Of a stretch of DNA of 64,000 bases, positions 23,267-34,628 are shown piece after piece. The notes under the pieces are model-generated. The model was given only the letters and a program-made list of their open reading frames with translations, ran no database searches and had not been told where the DNA came from. The stretch is from positions 773,179 through 837,178 of the forward strand of contig NIVC01000104.1 in NCBI GenBank assembly GCA_002269645.1, in the 5' to 3' direction. The stretch comes from Macrostomum lignano (taxonomy: Eukaryota). The position numbers were made by a program, and so were the translations under genes. Position 1 is the stretch's first letter. Every line of letters starts with the position of its first letter.

Positions 23267-23650
23267 CTCTTGATGTTATATTTTGTTAAACTGATCAGTC
23301 AATAATTATGCCGTCAGGAGTCAGAGTTCAGAGTGAATTCGTCAGTGCCAGCGAGTCTCAAGCTCCGATAAAGCGAGCTGGATGTCAGGTGTGGCTCTTG
23401 ATGTTATATTTTGTTAAACTGATCAGTCAATAATTATGCCGTCAGGAGTCAGAGTTCAGAGTGAATTCGTCAGTGCCAGCGAGTCTCAAGCTCCGATAAA
23501 GCGAGCTGGATGTCAGGTGTGGCTCTTGATGTTATATTTTGTTAAACTGATCAGTCAATAATTATGCCGTCAGAAGTCAGAGTTCAGAGTGAATTCGTCA
23601 GTGCCAGCGAGTCTCAAGCTCCGATGAAGTGAGCTGGATGTCAGGTGTGG
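23267..23650. repeat. Three tandem 128-bp copies downstream of precursor B (putative 3' UTR)
   Basis: ctcttgatgttata starts at 23267, 23395 and 23523; there is a single related copy in unit A (~20720-20840). Confidence 0.9.
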
Positions 23651-23662
23651 CTGCGGTAGCAT

Positions 23663-23857
23663 TTAACCAAGCCTAACCCTGACCCTAGCCCTGACAAACT
23701 TCTTGGCGTGGTCGACGGCCTCCTCCGACATGCTGGACTCGTCCACGTTGGACAGAGCCTCCAGAACGGCCATGGCCTCAGCCTTCTCCTCCTGGGTAGG
23801 CACGGCGACAGCCAGGGCTGCGCACAGCAAAAGTCCGAGAGCGAGTTGCCACTTCAT
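23663..23857 (-). CDS. Secreted peptide precursor B (signal + acidic pro-piece + KK + FVRARVRVRL-G)
   Basis: 64-aa ORF identical to copy A except for N>H in the pro-piece and three hydrophobic positions of the mature decapeptide. Confidence 0.8.
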   Translation of the reverse strand: MKWQLALGLLLCAALAVAVPTQEEKAEAMAVLEALSNVDESSMSEEAVDHAKKFVRARVRVRLG

Positions 23858-25131
23858 GATTGCTTGAGTAGGATCGATTCGAGTGTTTGAGCTGAGTCGA
23901 GTCTGAGCTTGTTATCTTGAGCAGTCGGCAGATGCGAATTTATGCACATCGGATTGGCACGTGTTTCCGGTCGGAGCGGCGACGTTGGTTGAGTTGAAAG
24001 CCTTCATGTGAGCAGGGCGGAGCAGAGACTGCATGGCTTGCTTGTCTGTGAAGATTAGGCAGAATTGGTTTGCTCGATGACAGCTCTGCAATCAAAAGAG
24101 TGTTTAACAGTTTCGTCAGTGCAAGTGTATGCAGCTGAATAGTCTATTTGACTCTTATGACTCTTTATGACTTTGATTGACGTTCGCTTGCATAGTAAAG
24201 CGTAATGACAGTCTAAGTTTAGTTAAGTTTAAATGACAGTTCAGTGCAACCGAGTTGCTAAGGCACTAAGCAGGCACATATTTAGACTCCTTAGACACTT
24301 TACTCCTTAAGAATTGGCTTGAGAAGTACAGAGTGCAGTCTATTTGTGTTCCGTGCTGCTATAGCCTTCCGGATGCTCTGGGACGCCTTGGAGACCAATT
24401 TTCATGTACTAGCCCCAATTTAATGATGTCGAGCACGGAATTGAGTCGAGCACGGAACTGCACTTACAGTTCGAGAGTCGGACACTGAGCTACAATAAGT
24501 ACAACCGAATGAGCTGCAATCGTATTGGTCTACGTTAAATAAATGTTCATGTTTATGTGGCGCAGTAGGCTTACGAATATTCTTGGTAGCTCGTACATCT
24601 AAACCGCGGGATGTGTAGCCATGCCATTGAAATCTAGTGGCGGCTTCACTATACCGGTCATTAATATTTGTTATTTTTGAACTCTTCTCCTTTAGTTCAG
24701 TTACAAATTTTTCACTAGACAAAAACTGCACCAACTAAAAATACAATCTAATAATTACCGGGTTCGGATCCGCTGAGCTCTGTTTGAGTAAGAACACCGC
24801 TCAATTCAAATTTCGTGTTTGGATTATTAAAAAGTAAGACATAGAGAAAGCTTCTCATTTCTTCATTTAAAAGGTTATTTGCATATTAGCTGTATGTTTT
24901 TTTTAAAATATTGTATATTATTCTTTATTGTAGATGTTTACAGGTGAAGTAGTAGTTATTTGCGGCAAAAGGTACCGTTTATACCAATAACCCGCCAGGT
25001 GTAAAATAGCTTTAGATGCATTAAATTGTTTTTGTTGCCAGATCGACCGTAGTGGAACCGTATTACACATCAACGGTGAAAATGAATTGGAGAAACTGAG
25101 GCGCCCCTGTGTTGGGACATTGTGGGAATCA

Positions 25132-26567
25132 TCAGGACTCAGCAGAGGCTGAAGGAGCTCCCGACGCGGTGCTCAAAGTGCTGCTTTGGCCGACACCCTT
25201 AACGCTGTTGTTTCCGCAGCCATCGCCCTGAGCTACTTCGCCTCCGCCGCCGCCGCCGCTACTGCTGGAGAACATCTGGAGAACTCCGCAGGTTGTCGAT
25301 GGGGAAGATTCTCGATCAGCTTTGTCTTTCTCTTTGCCCTGCTTGCTTTTATTGCTGCCAGCAGTGTTGCTTTTTCTACCGCTGCTAGATGAGCCGTCCA
25401 GTTGTTGGCTGAGTCGCAGCATCAGCTTCAAGCGTCGCTGCTTGCTCTCCGACGACTGTTGATTGTTCAGCGAATCTTCCTGGCTAGCTGACTGCTGGGC
25501 CAACGGAGTCGGCGGATGTGGCAGCGGCGAAGGCGTCTGCAGCGACCCGTTTTGCGCGGACCTGGTGACCGGAGTCCACGACGGCCGACGAACCTGACTG
25601 CCGGCTAAAGCCTCGGCCAGCTTCGACGGGTGCAACCTCGTCTTTTGATGGTAGCGACGTCGGCAGTTTCCATGCCCAGAACTTTGACATGCATAATGTC
25701 GCTTACGGAACGATGCCGAGACCTTTTATCAAGCAAAGATGAAGTTGTGAAGCTGACGTTTATCATGTACTGTACTGGTACATAAACTTGTACGAGCAAA
25801 TATAGTGTCCACAGTAGGGGCGAAGCCAACATGAGTAGGGGTGGGGTGCGACCGCATCGCCGATAAAAGTACACGTATGTCGCCAGATCATAGATGGAGA
25901 TAACTTGATAAAGCGAAATCAATTATGATATGATAGTACAATAACTTACTTTAGCCACTCCAGCACGTTGCGCTACAAACATCTTCGCTGACTTTTCGCC
26001 GCAGTTCGCAAATCGCAAGCGGCCCGGCTGCCTCACCAACAATGACGCTTTCCTCGATCTGCCGCTCAGTTGGTCGTCGCCGTGCTCGTCCGCAGCTGTC
26101 GCAGCAAAGCTGGCAGCTTCGGCCAGCTCCAGAATGGCCGGCAAGTTCCACTGGCTTGGCTGAACCCTGCTGGTGAACTGACGACGCAGCCGATGGCACA
26201 GCTGCTCGTTGTAACGCTTGAGCTGCTTCTCGGACGTCGCCTTGCTACCAACTTCGCCAAGACCGCAAAGCTCTTCAATGGCTCGCGCGGCAGCAGCCGG
26301 ATCGAGGCCCGCGCACTTTTTAGACGCCTCCTCACGAAGCGTCGAATTCGTATTGTTCCAAACTGTAGTATTTCGACGACGCTTCTCGACGTCCTCGATG
26401 TTGCTGACGCTGTCGGCTTTGGCATCGACGAGGGAGAATGCGTAGAAGGCCAGGCCGCCAGCGATACAGGCGAGTAGAGCTGCGCCGCTTGTAGCCAGCA
26501 GGATTGCCAGGCCAGGAGAGTCGTAAAGCACGGATGAGTCGACAAGCGGTTCGAGTATGGGCGCCAT
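25132..26567 (-). CDS. Orphan protein with an N-terminal transmembrane segment and a Ser/Gln/Gly-rich tail; probable 2 exons (26567..25950 and ~25718..25132)
   Basis: The 214-aa ORF has a hydrophobic stretch GLAILLATSGAALLACIAGGLAFYAF and ends at a strong donor AAA|gtaagt (25950). A phase-0 acceptor near 25718 joins in frame to the 167-aa low-complexity ORF. No family recognised. Confidence 0.45.
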
Positions 26568-28217
26568 TATCTTATTGGTGCGCGCGGATTGCGCTGTTCG
26601 ATGATTTTTTCACGTACGCCAACTCTATAAAATGCTTGGATGATTGCATTTATCGCCATAGACGCTTTCCATTCGAGCATTGAAAGATTTAAATAATTAG
26701 ATTTTTCACACACGGACTTTAGACGGTTAAGGAATAGACAAAAAAGCATATTGCAGAGATGAGAAAATTATGAGCTTATTATGTCTGTAGGGTTTCGCTC
26801 GCAAAAATTAGACATTAGCAATAAAGAATAAATACGACAATAAGTTTTTTAAGCAGCTTAAAATGATTGCATTAATCCCAAAAGTACTTATTTACTCTTA
26901 AGCTGTTTATGATTGTGAAAACGGTTTTGATAGGCGTAGCAATTGTATAACGACATCTGTTTTGGAGCGAATTTGAATTCGATTTAATTCACCTAAATAA
27001 CATCAAGGGTGCATGGAGGCTGTGCAGATTTCAAAATGTTGAAATGACGCTGCATCGACGTCATAGTCACAGAAATAATTAATAAAGGAGCTCAACTTTG
27101 CGGCATCCCTTTGAGTTTTTTATTTGTTAGATATTGACTTTGTTCTGCTGGTGCGTTCTGCTGGTGGCTTAGTAGAATCACTGAAAATAACTTTTTAAAT
27201 AATTATTTTTAAGTGCCATTAAAACGTACTCAGTAATGTACGCAGTAAAGCGAAACAAGTTATATGATATTAATGCAAATTAAAATGGCACTTTATAGTT
27301 CGATAAGTGAGAAATAATAACAAAAATTATGATTTTTAGTAACTTATTTTCGGCTAGTACTAATCGTATGGGGTGAAGAAGCATTTTAAGCATGCCAAAT
27401 ACCGGTTTAAATCATAGTTGATATATACTGAAGTAGTCGCGTCTACATGGACATTGAAGCGCAGAAATTCAAAATTTTCGTTGGCTTTCAATTTTATCGA
27501 ACCTGTCTGTGCACAACAACATGTGCTTCAATACGGGTTTCCACTCAAACTTGTGCATGAAAGTCCAATCTGCAGCCAGAGAGTGCGGATGTGCTGAGAG
27601 CAGCTGTGCACTTCTCCTGACAAGCCGACCGACACCGAGCCCAGAACCCAGACGATGTCATCCTCGGGCAACAACGGTGGGGCCAGAAGCTTCAACGGCC
27701 ATGACCTACCTCTCTCTTGGTTCGAAGCACTGCGGCTGATGAACGGCTGAAGACCAAATGTCTTCAACTTGCTGACGGCGGCAGCCTCGCGAACTTCGGC
27801 ATACCCTGTCGGCCAGAGAGTACGTGTCAAGCTCGACGTAACCCTATTATGGGGAATTGCTGGGATGTCAAGGCTTATGGGGAATTTCTAAGATGTCAAG
27901 GCTTGTGGGATTGTTGAGATGTCAAGGCTTACTGGGAGCATTGCTAAGATGTTATTGTCAAGGCTTACAGCTGGTGGAATCGCTGAGATGCCGAGGCTTA
28001 CTGGAAGCATCGCATGGGTCTATTCTTTAATATATTAGCAATATTTTCATTTTCCTTTTTGCACTCCCCGAACAGGCTGGATTGCTAGTATTTTCTAACT
28101 TCAACTTTGCGCCTGTGCTACGAGTAGTACGCGCTTGGTCAGCCAATTCTGTGCAAGTATTCACTCGCAATGCGCCTGGTCAGCCAATTATTCTCCATCA
28201 GCATGTCAAGAGTCGAT

Positions 28218-28733
28218 CAAGGACTACTTAAGAACACAAGGGTTTAGTAAGAAAGGAATCTGAAACTGAGAGACATCAAAGCGGTGTTGGTGCAAGACGG
28301 TTACGAAAATTAAACTCCGATTAACTTTGTGACGAATTTATTACTATTTTCACTGTCATCTTTGCTACCATCGTGTTGCTTCTACATTTTAAACAAGTCC
28401 ATGAATCGGGAAATGAGCGAATAAGTATTATTATTGTTGATTAAGTGTAGTTCCTATCATTCAATATTGTCATTATTGTTATTTTTGGGTATTTCTTCGT
28501 TTTTTGTTAAACTTCTACACCCTGTTCACGATCACCTTTTGGAGAAAATATAAATATTTTGTCGGTATACATGCATATAAAAAGCTTTATTCACTAGGCT
28601 TTAATTTCTATTCATGTATTATACACATTGTTTCAAATGGCAAAAAGGCCACTAAAACCATAGACACATGCATTCAAAGCGAATTCTGCCAATATTTGCA
28701 AGTGTAACGTCCTGTGTTCTTAAGTAGTCCTTG
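28218..28733. mobile_element. 516-bp MITE with 21-bp perfect TIRs and an 8-bp TSD (P or hAT type)
   Basis: TIR caaggactacttaagaacaca (28218-28238) and its reverse complement (28713-28733); TSD gagtcgat at 28210-28217 and 28734-28741. Confidence 0.9.
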
Positions 28734-29590
28734 GAGTCGATTAGGATCATATATTATCCTGATAAAGGGTTAGTCCAAAAACACTCAACTAGGCCAGTTA
28801 CTAAGGAGATCCGCTCTGGCCTCGCCGACACCTGAATGAGAAACCTCTTTGTAGGCTCGTACCAACTGCGAGGCCTAGCCTATAAGCGTAAAAGACTTGG
28901 TTGACCCAGTCTGAGACTGTGATAAACTAACTGCAGAGCTTCTTTTCGATCTTGCGTCTGTTGCTTCCTGAAGCAGACTCTGCTTAAATAGTCAGCTCTT
29001 TTACAAATTCATGTTGATGTAGAATGCTAGCAGGTGCACACAACATCTTGTGACGAAGATCCAGGCGCGTTCATACCAATAGCAATGAAAGCGCAGATTT
29101 CATTGGCCTAACCAGCTCATTTCTGCCGATACCATCAAGGAAACTAGATGGACGCAAGACTGGGTTGTTGGTCGTTGCTGTCTCCTCTCTCCTTGGTGCA
29201 CACAAGCAGCTCTTTGAAGGACTCAAAGCGGGTCGCAGAAATACTTGAGTCGGCCTTCCTCAGATGATTGTGCTGTGCACACGGCTTCCAGGTATCCCTG
29301 CCTGCCCGCAGCACTGCTAGCCGCACTCCAACAGTTTCGCAGCCCCGCGCCACCAGCATGCGGAACGGCGACCCGCCTTCGCCCCATTTCTCAAATTTCA
29401 TAATTCATACTCAGCGCTGGGCATCAGAGGGGATGAAGGGCTGTATTCTGATCCTGACGGCTTGGACAACTGGTTGCTAGGGGCGATGAAGCTCAACAAC
29501 GGGAGCAGGATAAATTTTAATGCATGCAGGATTTCTTCCGTCTGCCCCACTCCCGAAACATCGCATCCGCAATATCACACTGCAGCCAGC

Positions 29591-30616
29591 ATGGCAACCA
29601 GCTTCATTGCTACTTCAGCCTCCGTTCTGCTCGCAGCGGCCTGCCTGGCCCAGCTGGTCCACTGCGAGAGCCTGCCGGGCTTCTGGCACCGCCTGAGCAG
29701 CCCGCAGTGCCTGCCTGAGAATCTGACAGTGCGGGCTGCTCAGAACCTGAGAGGAACCATCGAGTGCCTATACGAGGCTGGCTCGAGCGGCCTGCAGGTG
29801 GCCCAGTTCGACTCGGACACTCGCCAGTGCTCGCTCTTCCAATACACCGCAGTGTGTCACCTCATCGATGGATTCGCTGCTGCAGGGATCTCGCAGCCCC
29901 GCCGCTGTGCCGCATTCGCCAATGCCAGAGCCGCCAAGTTCCTCACCTTGAGCAGGAAGCGCATGCTGAGTGTGGGCTCGAAGCTGAGGGCGGCCTAGGT
30001 GATGAGCGACGATGCGGACGCCAGCAGGAGCAACTTGGTGTGCGGCCAGACGCAACAGTGGATGTCGGAGAGTGTGGAGTGGAGCAGCGAGGGAGCCAAA
30101 TTCGACGGAGTGTCGTCCAAGATGCGGCTGGAGAACGCGGAGCTCGCAAACTATCAACAGGCATTCACGTGGCTGGTCAGGTTTAAGCGGTAGATCAAGG
30201 AAGCACCAATTCTGGAGAGCTACGACTGCACCACTAGGAACTATGGAGCCGCCTTCTGGGACGGCTTGCCAACTATAAAAGGGCTGTTTGCCGTCAGGAT
30301 CGCTTCGAGCTATTCTTCCTACAAAACCGCACAGGAAACGAACTCGTTTGACCCGAATTCGTTCGTGGAAGTCGGCCTGACGTCGGCGTCTCTCTCCAGC
30401 CGAAATTTTTTCTCCTACGGAGGCTTCGTGCCGCCAGCGCAGGTGACTCAAATAGGCTCATTATCTGCATTTTGCATTCCCAACTGCACCTGCCTGAGAC
30501 TGGGATTTCAACATGGCAACTCGAAAATGCTGAACGGCACGGTGAAGGCGGTGGCCATCATAAGCGACACAATGACCGAGGCTGAAATCCGCAGCTTCTT
30601 CGATCTGGTGCGCTGA
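29591..30616 (+). pseudogene. Secreted PAN/apple-like plus LamG/concanavalin-like protein frame with two in-frame TAG codons
   Basis: A single frame runs from the signal peptide MATSFIATSASVLLAAACLAQLVHC through C..C..QFDSDTRQCSLF (PAN-like), then LRAA*VMS, AKFDGVSSKMRL, FTWLVRFKR*, LGFQHGNSKMLNGTVKAVAIISDTMTEAEI (LamG-like). Stops are at 29996-29998 and 30191-30193; there is no frameshift. Confidence 0.6.
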
Positions 30617-30668
30617 ACTGCTGGTGAAAACAGGACTAGACTCGAAACTAAGAAGGGTATGAATAAAT

Positions 30669-31560
30669 CCCAGTTGATTTAATCCGAGTTGCTTTAATCC
30701 CAGTTGCTTTAATCCCAGTTGCTTTAATCCCAGTTGCTTTAATCCCAGTTGCTTTAATCCCAGTTGCTTTAATCCCAGTTGCTTTAATCCCAGTTGCTTT
30801 AATTCCAGTTGCTTTAATCCCAGTTGATTTAATCCCAGTTGCTTTAATCCCAGTTGCTTTAATCCCAGTTGCTTTAATCCCAGTTGCTTTAATCCCAGTT
30901 GCTTTAATCCCAGTTGCTTTAATCCCAGTTGCTTTAATCCCAGTTGCTTTAATCCCAGTTGCTTTAATCCCAATTGCTTTAATCCCAGTTGCTTTAATCC
31001 CAATTGCTTTAATCCCAGTTGCTTTAATCCCAGTTGCTTTAATCCCAGTTGCTTTAATCCCAGTTGCTTTAATCCCAGTTGCTTTAATCCCAGTTGCTTT
31101 AATCCCAGTTGCTTTAATCCCAGTTGCTTTAATCCCAGTTGCTTTAATCCCAGTTGCTTTAATCCCAGTTGCTTTAATCCCAGTTGCTTTAATCCCAGTT
31201 GCTTTAATCCGAGTTGCTTTAATCCGAGTTGCTTTAATCCCAGTTGCTTTAATCCCAGTTGCTTTAATCCCAGTTGCTTTAATCCCAGTTGCTTTAATCC
31301 CAGTTGCTTTAATCCCAGTTGCTTTAATCCCAGTTGCTTTAATCCCAGTTGCTTTAATCCCAGTTGCTTTAATCCCAGTTGCTTTAATCCCAGTTGCTTT
31401 AATCCCAGTTGCTTTAATCCCAGTTGCTTTAATCCCAGTTGCTTCAATCCCAGTTGCTTTAATCCGAGTTGCTTTAATCCCAGTTGCTTTAATCCCAGTT
31501 GCTTTAATTCTAGTTGCTTTAATCCCAGTTGCTTTAATCCCAGTTGCTTCAATCCCAGTT
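30669..31560. repeat. 15-bp minisatellite (cccagttgctttaat)
   Basis: About 59 near-perfect tandem copies. Confidence 0.97.
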
Positions 31561-33153
31561 AGTCAGTCAGCCAGTCAATCATGAGTCAATATTCTTAGTT
31601 ACTGAGTAGGCTCGTACGTTTCAATGTCAGTTAAAAATGATTTAAAGTTATTTTAAGTCATTTACGGACATTTAAAGCTACTCGAACGCACCCTAAAAAT
31701 CAGTTAGATGTAAATAACAGACGTGTTACATTTATCTCATAAATCAACAAAGAAAATTAATGATATTTTATCGTAAATTTAAAATGCACTGACAGACTTA
31801 GGTGGCACGTTACAGACTTGTCCATACAGAATATCCTGCATATAATTTGTATGTAAAGTACATACAGTACTGATATAAAATTACGTAACCAAGTGAAAAG
31901 TACGAATAACTTAATTTTTAAAGGCTTCTAGCGCATACTTTAACTATACATACTATTGAATACATACGACACTTTTGGTAAGAAAATGACCGTATAATAT
32001 TGCTATAACAAGAGACAAACAGAAAACTACATGTCACATGTATAGTTTTAAAATAACTCTAAAATATTTTAAATCTTACGCAGGGCAAAAAATTGTTCAC
32101 AAAAAGTTCTTTCTTAATATACGAATACATTTTATTGAAGACATCCAAAAGACAGTGGCCTCTGTAAGAAAATCAAAGAAAACAGAAATTATTAATGCAA
32201 AAATTAGGCATAAATTTTGACACGCGAAAATCAATTATGAATGTTCGGTAAGGTAAGAAATAAGCAAACACTATGAAATTACAATATGAGGCGTGTATTA
32301 GATCAGTTGGTGTGCGATTTTCATATGCATATAATGGTAAGAAAAGTCTTTGTTGCCGTTAATGAGGATTTTTAGACGCAATAAATCGAAAGAATTCGAA
32401 TTAATTAAAAGTAATGAAGTCTACAAGATCGTGGACATGACTAAGGTTTCATTTACAACTTACTCCTATTGGTTAACTTTACGTACTGCCCTACTATCGC
32501 GAGTAGGGAGGGAAGGCTCGCTACCTAGCCAATCAGCGAGCGAGAAGGAACGAGGGGAAAAAGAGAACGGACTGCATATCAATTAGCTGGAGAAATGTAC
32601 GCAGTCAGGGGAGGGGCGGGTGGTCATGGGAATGAGGGACTTTATCGATCGGACACACGCACACACATGCAACCGGGAAGAAGCGACGTTTGATGTTATT
32701 GTTGGACGATGGGTTATGACGGGTGGCTAATTTTCTGGTTTTTGCAATCAATAATATTTTATAGTCAGTTATTAACTAAACGAAACTCGGCAAAAGATAA
32801 AACTGCCCTTAATTTAAATCGCGAAGTTCAGCTATGTCAGTTGACGAGTTCTTGAACCTCAGGATGGCGACCAGTCAAATAGAATAGAATTTATATCGTG
32901 GTTACGTCCCTGATGTCACGACAGGTGGCAATTTGGCAGTTCCGGTTTGTTTGTGCATTAATATCACCGACATTGCCTAATTTCTTTTTCAAGTATGAAA
33001 TTAATAGCTGTTGCTAACTATTTTAGCTCAGCAGGATTATATTTAGGTACACGCTGTACTTTAATCATTCATCGTTTTTCCCACTCGTCTAAGCATCCAG
33101 CAATTGAGTGTCGGCAGTTCGTCGTTTCCTATTAGTCCTGGCCGCAATGTGAG

Positions 33154-33405
33154 CAGTGGCGGCGCAGGGGGGGCAGAGGGGGGCCGAGGCTGCTACCCCC
33201 CCCCCCCCCGGTGACCACCCTCTCATCCATCCATGGGGTGACCCACCATAATTTTTCAAGTACGAGCTCGTAATATGCGTTTTTGTGAGATTTTAGCGTA
33301 ATGCGCTGGCGCTGCTGTAATTCTATAAAAATTCGCTGGGAGAGGGGGTTGACCACCCATACCACTGCCCCCCCCCCCCTAATAGGAGGTGCTGCGCTGC
33401 CACTG
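33154..33405. mobile_element. 252-bp hAT-type MITE inserted in the last exon of the zinc-finger gene
   Basis: TIR cagtggcggcgcag / ctgcgctgccactg; perfect 8-bp TSD aatgtgag at 33146-33153 and 33406-33413. Confidence 0.9.
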
Positions 33406-34628
33406 AATGTGAGTCCGATTGAGGTGCCTAGTCATGCTGCCAGACTGGGAGAACTTCTTGCCGCACAGGTTGCATTTGAACGGTTTAGAGCCGGCGTGGA
33501 CTCGCATATGAGTCGCTAAGTTGGATTGGCGAGAGAAGCCTCGACCGCAGACGCTGCACTTGTGCGGCTTGTCCCCCGTGTGGCCAAGTGCGTGCACCTT
33601 CAGTGCCCAACGTCTGGAGAAAGTGCGGCCGCAGTATTCGCAACTGAAGTGATGTAAATTTCAAAGGGTATTTTAACTTAAAGGGCAACGTATGCACTGT
33701 GACCGGATATCGACCGACCGTTTTTGGCGCACATGCGTACTATACACAGCAACATTGAAAGCCGCCACATCAGACGCCTGCCTTTACCCTGCCCTACCCC
33801 ACCTCCGCCTGTCCTACCCCACCTCCGCCTGCCCTACCCCACCTCCGCCTGCCCTACCCCACCTCCGCCTGCCCTACCCCACCTCCGCCTGCCCTACGCC
33901 ACCTCCGCCTGCCCTACCCCACCTCCGCCTGCCCTACCCAACCTCCGCCTGCCCTACCCCACCTCCGCCTGCCCTACCCCACCTCCGCCTGCCCTACCCC
34001 ACCCCCGCCTGCCCTACCCCACCTCCGCCTGCCCTACCCCACCTCCGCCTGCCCTACCCCACCTCCGCCTGCCCTACCCAACCTCCGCCTGCCCCACTCC
34101 ACCTCCACCTGCCGCACCCGCACTTCCGGTTCGTCCCAACCGCAGCCACTCCTTTTTTAATAAATAAAGTTTGTTTTTAAGTAATTTGATTTAGCTTTTG
34201 GGCACTTAATCGAGATGGCCATAATTTGTCAGCTTTTTTATCCACTTAAAATCCATTCCACCTGGACTGACATTCCACCTGGAACCTGACTGATAAAATT
34301 ACCACCAGTTTATGGTTCCTGTAGGTCCTTACCGATGCTCCCGCAGATGCTCCGCACGATGCTTTCGCTTGCCTGGAGTTTTACTAGGAGGCCGGCCTGG
34401 CGGCCTGTGGCCAGTCGGTTTTATAAGGCCACCACTGAGTTTTGGGGCGGCTGTAGGCGCTGGGATCTGTTTTAATAATGCTGCTTTTTGTTTCGGTTGC
34501 TGTTGTTGCTGCTCAACCTCAGGCGAGTAGATAATAAAATTGCGCAAGTCAACCTGCTCAGGCCGACCATCTTCTAAGCTGGCACTGTTCTCTTCCTCTT
34601 CATCGCTGCTATCCTCGCTGTCGGTCAT
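33379..34628 (-). CDS. C2H2 zinc-finger protein (3 fingers, acidic N-terminus, RPPGRPP AT-hook-like motif); complement(join(33379..33643,34333..34628))
   Basis: Donor CG|gtaagg (34333) and acceptor cttcag|T (33643) join in phase 2 to give HRCEYCGRTFSRRWALKVHALGHTGDKP-HKCSVCGRGFSRQSNLATHMRVHAGSKP-FKCNLCGKKFSQSGSMTRHLNRTH. The start could lie further upstream. Confidence 0.8.
33790..34100. repeat. 20-bp C-rich minisatellite (cctaccccacctccgcctgc) in the zinc-finger intron
   Basis: Tandem copies. Confidence 0.95.

Noticed and set aside
25605-25922. Hydrophobic ORF with weak otopetrin-like look (LASPLLWTLYLLVQVY)
   Set aside because: Splice phase is incompatible with the upstream donor at 25950, and the similarity is too short to support.
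30461-31552. 363-aa (LKQLG)n ORF
   Set aside because: Translation of a 15-bp satellite; no unique domain.
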